Below, piece after piece: positions 57,217-64,000 of a DNA stretch of 64,000 bases. Positions within the stretch are counted from its first letter, which is position 1; every line of letters begins with the position of its first letter. Both the position numbers and the translations under genes were made by a program. The stretch comes from Candidatus Kapaibacterium sp. Lineage in GTDB: Bacteria > Bacteroidota > Ignavibacteria > Palsa-1295. The stretch spans positions 43 to 64,042 of the forward strand of contig DASRZC010000029.1 of assembly GCA_035686785.1 (NCBI GenBank). Direction: 5' to 3'. The notes under the pieces were generated by a model. That model had not been told where the DNA came from, made no database searches, and saw only the letters and a list, made by a program, of their open reading frames with translations.

Positions 57217-57519
57217 ATGTTCCGGGAATTCGAAACGACAATTATCGACGATCAGGGCCATTTCGATATACCCCGCGATTTGCGGGAGCGAAAGGGCCTC
57301 AAGAAGGGCGCGCGGGTAAAAATTGAAGAGCGGAATGCCGAACTGGTAATTAAACAGGTGGGCGAAGGCCCTGAAACTTCGGGGGACCGAAAGGCGCGGC
57401 AATTAGCGGCCATCGAAGCGTTGACGGGATTTCTTCCTCCTGACAGCAAGGCGCTCGACATTCTAATGGAAGAACGAAAAAAAGATCGTGAAAAAGAAGA
57501 CCGGCCCTTTGGTGTTTGA
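57217..57519 (+). CDS. vapB: AbrB/MazE/SpoVT-family antitoxin (VapB-like)
   Basis: N-terminal swapped-hairpin …DDQGHFDIPRDLRERKGLKKGARVKIEE. Confidence 0.6.
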   Translation: MFREFETTIIDDQGHFDIPRDLRERKGLKKGARVKIEERNAELVIKQVGEGPETSGDRKARQLAAIEALTGFLPPDSKALDILMEERKKDREKEDRPFGV

Positions 57520-57913
57520 TGCCTTTCCGTTGATTGTTCTCTTTCGAAAGCAGATTGGCTGGGAACGCGTTCGCGAGGCACTGGAAGAAGCCAGAGAGGA
57601 AGGCTTCTTCCACCTTATCAGCCTTATCAATATTGGAGAAGTGTATTATTCGCTGCTCCGAAGTGACGGAGAGAAGCTTGCAAACTGGATGCTGGATGAA
57701 ATCAAGATCGCTCCTTTTTTAACCGTCTTCCCCACCTATGACCAGATGCTGCAAGCCTCGCGGTTCAAGGCTGGCGGCGGACTGTCGTATGCCGATTGCT
57801 TTGCCGCCGCGCTGGCCGTCGAACGTGGAATTCCCGTCCTCACCGGTGATCCCGAATTTTCTGTTGTCGAGAGTAAGGGCGTTACCATTGAATGGCTGCC
57901 GGCGAATAGGTAG
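57488..57913 (+). CDS. vapC: PIN-domain ribonuclease toxin VapC
   Basis: LVFDAFPLIV…(D)…, GDPEF, …D…, with 141 aa overlapping the antitoxin gene. Confidence 0.65.
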   Translation: MKKKTGPLVFDAFPLIVLFRKQIGWERVREALEEAREEGFFHLISLINIGEVYYSLLRSDGEKLANWMLDEIKIAPFLTVFPTYDQMLQASRFKAGGGLSYADCFAAALAVERGIPVLTGDPEFSVVESKGVTIEWLPANR

Positions 57914-57976
57914 AAGCTTCTTGCACTCTCAAGGATAAGAATGGAACGCCCCAAGTTTGGAACGGAAGGGATCTGA

Positions 57977-59926
57977 ATGCCGAAACCACCCTCTCACAAA
58001 AATCCTCGAAAGCCAGCTTCCGCGCAGCGTAAGCCTGCGCGGAAGAAAGTGAACTGGTGGCTGCCCCTTGCAAGCATCCTCGTTCTTGGCGCGGGCCTTT
58101 ATCGCGCTATTCAGCTTCGATGGATTTGCGACGATGCCTTCATCACGATGCGCTATGTGAAGAATTTCGTCGAAGGCAAGGGGCTTGTCTATAACGTCGG
58201 CGAGCGCGTCGAGGGCTATACGCACTTTTTGTGGCTGATGCTCTTAGCCGCCGCGAAAGCCATCGGATTCGATCCTGTAGATGCGAGTATCTGGCTTGGC
58301 ATTGCGGCCTATGCGGGTGTTCTCGTTCTCTTGCTGGCGATCTCTCGTCGCGAGCATAAGAAAAATTCCAAAGCACTATGGCTTCCGATAGCAGCGGCAT
58401 TATTCGCGCTCAATTATGATGCGGCGGTCTGGGCAAGCGGGGGATTAGAGACTTCGTTTTATGCGCTCCTTATTCTCGCCGCATTTTATCTCTGGTTTTA
58501 TTCGAAATTTTCTGAACAGCGCAGACTCTTGCTTTCCGGAGTTGCGCTGGCGCTGGTCGCGCTCACGCGGCCCGATGGCGTGCTCTTTACCGCGACGGCT
58601 GTTCTATTGCTCGCAGTTCGTGGAATTAAATGGAAGCAATCTCTTTCATCTATCTCGAAATCCATCGGCATTTTATTATTGCCATCGGTCATCGTTGGCG
58701 TGCCGTATCTCCTATGGAAGTATTTCTACTACGGCGACATTTTGCCCCTCACGTATTACGCAAAATCGGCTGGGGAAGACTATTTCAGTCAGGGATTTTT
58801 CTATATCTGGCTCTACTTCCGGGTTTATTTTGTGTCGGCAATCGCATTCATCGCCGCCATTGTGCTTTTGTTCCGAAAAAGGAATAACGATGGCCAATCA
58901 ACGGAGGACCTGCATCGCGGCTCGCCATATATTACCGCCCTATCGGCCACCGTAGTCTATCTGGTAATTTTCGTCGCGCGCGTGGGCGGCGATTTCATGT
59001 TCGCGCGGTTTATCATTCCAGTGGTGCCGTTTATTTATTTTGTTATCGAGCGCGGGGTGAATCGTGTGCCCAGTAAAGTAATGTGGCCCCGAGTGGGCAT
59101 TGCATTCCTTTTGCTGGCCTCCTTTGTCATTGAAGAGAAAATCCGAGATAGCGTCTTGTTTCACACGAATGACGAAGGACAGCTTGAAGAAAATTGGGAT
59201 CTCAAGGGTGAAAGCTCCACGCATGGTATTGCCGACGAGCGATGGACCTATTACTCCGGAGGATTTTATTCCGTGAACGGTAATTATGAATCGGCCATGC
59301 AAGTGTATTCGGAAATTGGAGAATATTTGAAGCCTTTCTTTCAGGGTCTCCACTTCACGGTTGCAATTCCAGGCGCCGCAAACATGAAGGCTTACTACGC
59401 GGATTTTGAAACTTGCATAAATATCTATGGGCTTACGGATTCCTCCATCGCCCATTCGCCTATTTCAAATCGTGAAAGGATCGGCCATGAAAAGATCGCA
59501 ACAGAAGCCTATCTCATGAAGCGCAATGTAAATTTCGAATTGAAGGGTGTCGTTGCGGAATTACCGGAACCGCTTCCCATTGGCATGATCGCATTCCAAA
59601 TCCCGACGCTCGGCTTATGGCAGCTTGCCCAAACGGTTGTATATGACAAAGAGAAAATCGAGGAGCTTTCCAACCGGTTTCAAATGGCGGGTAATGAATC
59701 GATTCTTTCGCGGTACGAGAATATTCTTCCGTTTTACATCAATCATGTGATGGGCCATTATTCACTCCACCAACTTGAAGAGGACTACTCCTCCTTCCGG
59801 CGGCTTTATTTCAATCGTTATCCCGATTCTTCTCTCGAGCGTCCCTTCGAAGCTCGCATTGCGGAACTAAAACAGGATTCCGCAGCCGAGAATGTCCCGA
59901 AGGGACGCAATGTCAATAGCCGGTGA
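57977..59926 (+). CDS. GT-C-fold polytopic membrane glycosyltransferase (ArnT/PMT/arabinofuranosyltransferase-like)
   Basis: The N-terminal loop motif WICDDAFITMRYVKNF is followed by ~12 TM helices and a C-terminal soluble domain. Confidence 0.5.
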   Translation: MPKPPSHKNPRKPASAQRKPARKKVNWWLPLASILVLGAGLYRAIQLRWICDDAFITMRYVKNFVEGKGLVYNVGERVEGYTHFLWLMLLAAAKAIGFDPVDASIWLGIAAYAGVLVLLLAISRREHKKNSKALWLPIAAALFALNYDAAVWASGGLETSFYALLILAAFYLWFYSKFSEQRRLLLSGVALALVALTRPDGVLFTATAVLLLAVRGIKWKQSLSSISKSIGILLLPSVIVGVPYLLWKYFYYGDILPLTYYAKSAGEDYFSQGFFYIWLYFRVYFVSAIAFIAAIVLLFRKRNNDGQSTEDLHRGSPYITALSATVVYLVIFVARVGGDFMFARFIIPVVPFIYFVIERGVNRVPSKVMWPRVGIAFLLLASFVIEEKIRDSVLFHTNDEGQLEENWDLKGESSTHGIADERWTYYSGGFYSVNGNYESAMQVYSEIGEYLKPFFQGLHFTVAIPGAANMKAYYADFETCINIYGLTDSSIAHSPISNRERIGHEKIATEAYLMKRNVNFELKGVVAELPEPLPIGMIAFQIPTLGLWQLAQTVVYDKEKIEELSNRFQMAGNESILSRYENILPFYINHVMGHYSLHQLEEDYSSFRRLYFNRYPDSSLERPFEARIAELKQDSAAENVPKGRNVNSR

Positions 59927-60065
59927 CGTAAGTCACCGGAACGCGCGGCCCGACAATTCGGAGAGTCACGGAGTGACGGCATGTAATTCCATCCCAACAC
60001 ATGTCGTCCCTTTGGGACTTTGGAAACTCCTGTCTTCGCTATCCGGTGACTTACGTCACCGGCTA
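59890..60065. repeat. two copies of a composite palindromic unit (gtcccRaagggac hairpin + ccggtgacKtaMgtcaccgg 20-bp palindrome) between convergent GT-C and argD genes
   Basis: Read directly. It probably acts as bidirectional terminator structures. Confidence 0.55.
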
Positions 60066-60092
60066 CTAACATGGCGTGCCTTCAGCACTAAC

Positions 60093-61274
60093 TCAGCCCA
60101 TCATTCCCACCGCCTCCCGGATGGCATTGGCCAGTTCATCCGAATGCTTGCGCTCGAAGATAAGCGGCGGCAGCAGGCGCAGCACTTCGCCGGCGGTGAC
60201 GTTGGTGATGATGTGCCGCTCGAAAAGCTTTTTCTGCACTTCGCGCGCGTTCGCGGTGAATTCGATTCCGATCATCAGCCCTTTGCCGCGCACATCGCGG
60301 ATGGCCTTCGGATGCTCCTCCCGCAATTCCTCGAACGTGCGCATAAGGTACTCGCCTTCATGCGCGGCGTTATCCATATATGTTTTTTCGACCAGATCGA
60401 GCGTGACCGATCCGGCAATGCAGGAAAGCGCGTTGCCGCCGAAGGTCGTGCCGTGAACTCCGGCGCGCATTGCGTCCGCCAGCTCGCGGCGTGTGAGAAT
60501 CGCTCCCAGCGGCAGCCCGCCGCCGATCGCCTTCGCGCAGACGACAATGTCCGGCTTCATTCCGTAATGTTCATACGCGAAAAACCTTCCCGTGCGCCCG
60601 ATGCCGGATTGAATTTCATCGGCAATGAGCAGGAAGTGGTGCTTCGTTCGAAGCTCGGTGAGAGCGTTGAGGAATTCGGCGGGAATCTCGACGATACCGC
60701 CCTCGCCCTGAATCACTTCGACGATCACGGCAGCGGTGCGCTCGGTGATGATTTCTTCGAGCGCGCTCGGATCGTATCCCGGAATGGTGGAAGCCCCCGC
60801 GACGAACGGGCCGAAATGATCGCGGTATTTGCCTTTATCCATGACCGAGAGCGCGCCAAAGGTACGGCCATGAAATCCATTCGCGACGCCCAGGATTTCC
60901 GCCTTCGCTTCGCTCGAAAAAACTTTTCGCGCCAGCTTGATCGCGCCTTCGACGGCTTCGGTCCCGGAGTTCGTGAAAAATGTTCGTTCCCAACCCGAAG
61001 CACGTTCGAGCTTCTCGGCCAGGACGACCTGCGGTTCCTGCAAATAAAGATTCGAGAGGTGCAAATACTTCCCAGCCTGCTCGCGTATCGCCGCGACGAC
61101 CGCCGGATGCGAATGCCCCAGCGCGTTCACGCCAAGCCCGGCGATGGCATCGAGATACGTCTCACCCGTTTCGGTGGTGATATGAACGCCCTGCGCGCTC
61201 GTGACGGCGCCGATAGGTAAGCGGTCGTACGTGGGGAATAGCGCGTTCTTTTCGCGTTCGAGAAGTGCGGTCAT
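60093..61274 (-). CDS. argD: acetylornithine aminotransferase (class-III PLP aminotransferase)
   Basis: …GHSHPAVV…, FLLIADEIQSGIGRTG, and TFGGN are conserved ArgD signatures. Confidence 0.85.
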   Translation of the reverse strand: MTALLEREKNALFPTYDRLPIGAVTSAQGVHITTETGETYLDAIAGLGVNALGHSHPAVVAAIREQAGKYLHLSNLYLQEPQVVLAEKLERASGWERTFFTNSGTEAVEGAIKLARKVFSSEAKAEILGVANGFHGRTFGALSVMDKGKYRDHFGPFVAGASTIPGYDPSALEEIITERTAAVIVEVIQGEGGIVEIPAEFLNALTELRTKHHFLLIADEIQSGIGRTGRFFAYEHYGMKPDIVVCAKAIGGGLPLGAILTRRELADAMRAGVHGTTFGGNALSCIAGSVTLDLVEKTYMDNAAHEGEYLMRTFEELREEHPKAIRDVRGKGLMIGIEFTANAREVQKKLFERHIITNVTAGEVLRLLPPLIFERKHSDELANAIREAVGMMG

Positions 61275-61380
61275 GGAAGAGTGAAAAAGTTAATGAGAAA
61301 TGATTTCGAGTAAGAGGTGAAAAAATGGAAGGCATTGTAACGAACTCCGTCCAGGGAAAATCCCGCTTACGGATGAGCTT

Positions 61381-61848
61381 CTATATTATCTTTTTTTGGC
61401 GGATGGCAATGTGCCGTTCCGTCTCGGAGATTTCTTCCATCGCTACGAGGATGGCGCCGTCCGGAATAAGCGAAGCAATTCGTTCCGGCCATTCGACAAT
61501 CGTTACCGCGTTCGTCGGATAAAGATAATCTTCCACGCCTAATTCGAGGAGTTCCTTCGGCTTCTCGAACCGGTAGCAATCGAGATGATAGAGGCGCAAT
61601 GGCTTGCCATGCAACCGGCCATCGAACTCGTGTGCCAGCGCGAAGGTGGGCGAGGTAAGTTCCCGTTCGTCGAGGCCGAGCGAGCCGGCAATACCCTTGA
61701 TGAAATGCGTTTTGCCCGCGCCTAATTCGCCGCTTACGCAAACGACCGTCCCGGCTCGGAGAAACTGCTCGCCAAACTTCTCGCCGAGCCGCACGGTCTC
61801 TTCCTCCGAATGGCTGAGCCAATCCTCTTCACGCTGCGGGGATGGCAT
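61381..61848 (-). CDS. tsaE: tRNA threonylcarbamoyladenosine biosynthesis ATPase TsaE (start MPSPQ…; the ORF is open further upstream)
   Basis: VVCVSGELGAGKTHFIKGI is a P-loop, and …YHLDCYR is a TsaE motif. Confidence 0.8.
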   Translation of the reverse strand: MPSPQREEDWLSHSEEETVRLGEKFGEQFLRAGTVVCVSGELGAGKTHFIKGIAGSLGLDERELTSPTFALAHEFDGRLHGKPLRLYHLDCYRFEKPKELLELGVEDYLYPTNAVTIVEWPERIASLIPDGAILVAMEEISETERHIAIRQKKII

Positions 61849-62572
61849 TCGCATTCGTTCCACCGAGAAAACGCACGGGAAGCGGCAGTTCAACCAGGCG
61901 GTCATGTTCCTTGCGCAGAAGAAGGACGCGCGCATCGGGTTTCGAGCTTACGGCTTCCCGAAATTCGCCATTCACAAAATGCGCCGCCGCGCCTTCATCG
62001 ATCGCATAGCCGCCGGGAAAGCCTTCGAGCACGAATTTGTGATATTGCGGCTGGCGCCGCTCTTCGCTATCGTAATGCGGGCAACTGCTGCCGCGAATAA
62101 ATCCCAAACCATCGTACAATGGCGCAAGGTCGAGGCCGAAGGAATCGGTCACGCCGCATTCGAACCAGCAGAGCGAACCCGCGCTCGTCCCGCAGAGCAC
62201 GATTCCGGCTTCATAGGCTTCCTGCAAAATTTCCTCCACGCCGTGGACGCGCCAGATGGCCAGCATATTTGCCGTGTTGCCGCCGCCGACATAAATCACG
62301 TCTTTCGAAAGAAGAAACTCGCGCAATTTTTTTACTTCTCGCCGAAAAAGATAGAGGTGCGATGCCTCGCACAGGTCCGGCGTGTAGCGCGCGTAAAATG
62401 CCTGCACGTAACTTTCCGCATCGCCGCTCGCGGTGGGAAGAAAGCAAATACGGGGAAGGTTGTTGGAACGATTGGTTTGTGCTAACTCGAGAAGAAAGTG
62501 CGCGGTGCGTTTATTTTCCGGCTCGGTGTAAAACCCGTCGCCGCCAAAAGCAATGATATGTTGATCGGTCAA
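61829..62572 (-). CDS. S51-family peptidase E / cyanophycinase-like dipeptidase
   Basis: …VIYVGGGNTANML…GTSAGS…(Ser nucleophile) in a class-I GATase-like fold. Confidence 0.65.
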   Translation of the reverse strand: MTDQHIIAFGGDGFYTEPENKRTAHFLLELAQTNRSNNLPRICFLPTASGDAESYVQAFYARYTPDLCEASHLYLFRREVKKLREFLLSKDVIYVGGGNTANMLAIWRVHGVEEILQEAYEAGIVLCGTSAGSLCWFECGVTDSFGLDLAPLYDGLGFIRGSSCPHYDSEERRQPQYHKFVLEGFPGGYAIDEGAAAHFVNGEFREAVSSKPDARVLLLRKEHDRLVELPLPVRFLGGTNANAIPAA

Positions 62573-62634
62573 GTACGTTCGGGATATAGGAGTCGCCTGA
62601 GAAAGGGAGAAAGCGCGAGCTTAGTTCCAATATG

Positions 62635-63081
62635 TTATCTTGCGCTGTGCTCGTCGAGATATTCCTGCAATAAAATCCGCGCGGCCTCTTCGTCGCGCAG
62701 GTATTTTTGCTCGCGCTTTTGTTTCGGCAGCTCGCGGGAACGAATGTTCGTCTCGGCGATGAGCGAGGTGAGGCGCTCGTCCCGCTGTTCGAGCGCGATG
62801 CCGAGCGGCGTAAGAGCGGCCGCAAGTTTATCGTGGAAGCGAATGACCTCCGCCGTCATCGCGCTGTGCGTATTCGCGAGCGTGCGGGGAATTCCAAGAA
62901 GCACCGTGCCAACCTCCTCGCGGCGGGCGAGCGCAACGATCTCCCCGATCGCCGCCGGCCCGCTCGCAATCGTTCCACGCGGACTGGCGAGTATGCGCAG
63001 TTCATCCGAGATGGCGATGCCGATGCGCTTCGTGCCATAATCGAGCGCGAGCACGCGCGAGGGAGTCTTGCGATCGGTCAT
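62635..63081 (-). CDS. ruvX: Holliday junction resolvase-like protein RuvX/YqgF
   Basis: VLALDYGTKRIGIAISD at the N-terminus, in an RNase H-like fold. Confidence 0.85.
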   Translation of the reverse strand: MTDRKTPSRVLALDYGTKRIGIAISDELRILASPRGTIASGPAAIGEIVALARREEVGTVLLGIPRTLANTHSAMTAEVIRFHDKLAAALTPLGIALEQRDERLTSLIAETNIRSRELPKQKREQKYLRDEEAARILLQEYLDEHSAR

Positions 63082-63087
63082 TCGCCG

Positions 63088-63378
63088 TTACAACGCACCC
63101 AATGCGCGATAGTTCGAAGTTACAATTATCGCCTGCCTATTTTTTCTTGCGGTCGATTTCGTAGCCCCGTAAAATTGCTCCCGGCTGAGACCGGACTGAG
63201 CGATCATGGACTTAATCCGATAGGCATTGAAGTCTTTAACCGCCATATCCACCGTGACTTTGAAGCTGCCTTTTTCAAATTGAGCATGGCTACCACGGAA
63301 CGCGGTGCGAACAAATCCATTCGATGCCAAAATGGCAACAACTTCGTCCGGCGTGAGCGTCGGAAACTGCTTAGGCAA
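63088..63378 (-). CDS. hicA: HicA-family toxin (YcfA-like mRNA interferase) with short C-terminal extension
   Basis: …VVAILASNGFVRTAFRGSHAQFEKGSFKVTV…IKSMIAQSGL matches the HicA dsRBD-like consensus with the catalytic His. Confidence 0.6.
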   Translation of the reverse strand: MPKQFPTLTPDEVVAILASNGFVRTAFRGSHAQFEKGSFKVTVDMAVKDFNAYRIKSMIAQSGLSREQFYGATKSTARKNRQAIIVTSNYRALGAL

Positions 63379-63691
63379 ATTGCAATCGCGCGTGCAATGG
63401 ATCGTAGGTCGCTCGGAGCGGTTCGGAGATGAGCTTCGTCAGGCCAAGAAACACCGAGCGAAAGGACCAGAGCAGCCGGTATGATAATGGCGCCATGCGC
63501 ATGTATTCGCCCCGCTCGATTGCGTCCGTGCCGAAGGATTGAAAATAGAGCTGTGCGGCATCGCGCATTTTGGTTTCAAGGTCTTCCCAGCTTTGCGCTT
63601 GCACGGCAATGTATGTTTCCAGACAAATCATCGTCCACTCATCTCGTCCCTTAAAGACGATCACTCGAAGAGGAATGCCGTGGGTAATCAT
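63371..63691 (-). CDS. hicB: HicB-family antitoxin (UPF0150 N-terminal domain)
   Basis: IPLRVIVFKGRDEWTMICLETYIAVQAQSWEDLETKMRDAAQLYF is a HicB-like partial RNase H fold. It overlaps hicA by 8 bp. Confidence 0.5.
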   Translation of the reverse strand: MITHGIPLRVIVFKGRDEWTMICLETYIAVQAQSWEDLETKMRDAAQLYFQSFGTDAIERGEYMRMAPLSYRLLWSFRSVFLGLTKLISEPLRATYDPLHARLQFA

Positions 63692-64000
63692 GATTCGATG
63701 CTTCTACCCATCAGACCCGAAAGAAGTTCACATCCGCTTCTTCCTTAGCCGCGCAACCGGCAGGTTCATCTGCTCGCGGTGGTTTTCGCGACGGTGCGGA
63801 GTTTCATGCCGCCCTCAAGTTCGTCATGGCAAACCGGCTGTCAATTTTTCAAACTCATCATCTGTCAGGCTCCCCTTTTCGGATTTATCATAAATCATCA
63901 GCAACCGAACTAACTCTTTGATAACGTGTACATGGGTAATAATCCGACCGCCGGTTGATTTTCCTCTGCCTTTGGACTTGATTGCCAGCCGTACTTTATA

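Noticed and set aside
1-64000. tRNA, rRNA and tmRNA genes
   Set aside because: I found no sequence with the conserved T-arm GGTTCGAATCC-like motif in a cloverleaf context, nor rRNA-like segments. Compact tRNAs may be missed without tRNAscan.

Overview
The window is a 64-kb chromosomal segment of a roughly 55-60% GC bacterium from the FCB group (Bacteroidota/Ignavibacteriota-like). That assignment rests on at least four proteins carrying T9SS-type C-terminal sorting domains (the fourth is the tandem paralog of the giant protein), while Shine-Dalgarno-like AGGAG is still present before some genes. Most of it is conserved housekeeping: rplY-pth, atpC, purC/purS/purQ, psd-pssA, three tandem tatA paralogs, a 1723-aa TamB, split rfaE/hldE heptose genes, a bioB-bioF-bioD-bioA operon, argD, tsaE, ruvX and yebC. 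A T9SS-cargo/regulatory island sits around 28.2-45.7 kb. It holds a Cys-rich lipoprotein, an XRE regulator divergent from a 1515-aa beta-helix T9SS protein with a tandemly duplicated C-terminal module, an Ig-repeat T9SS protein, a TPR-LuxR regulator, a hybrid sensor kinase and a membrane-anchored receiver protein. Two toxin-antitoxin pairs (vapBC, hicBA) and several membrane glycosyltransferases are also present. The strongest non-coding signal is a dense set of small palindromic repeat families. One is a nested GTCATTGCGAGG-TIR family with 7 copies. A second is a 253-bp element with perfect 39-bp TIRs. A third is a GAGTGGATGAGTAACGAGTAA hairpin family. There are also short motifs (CAAACTAAAGTTCGCG; AGCACTTAGCACTT) placed in consistent orientation directly upstream of start codons. 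Two proteins have unusual architectures: a 1301-aa patatin-like phospholipase whose catalytic motifs are separated by about 900 aa of multi-pass membrane sequence, and an 820-aa fusion of an Spt-like alpha-oxoamine synthase to a GNAT-like acyltransferase. I found no rRNA, tRNA or CRISPR. My hand-counted repeat coordinates may be off by 1-2 bp.
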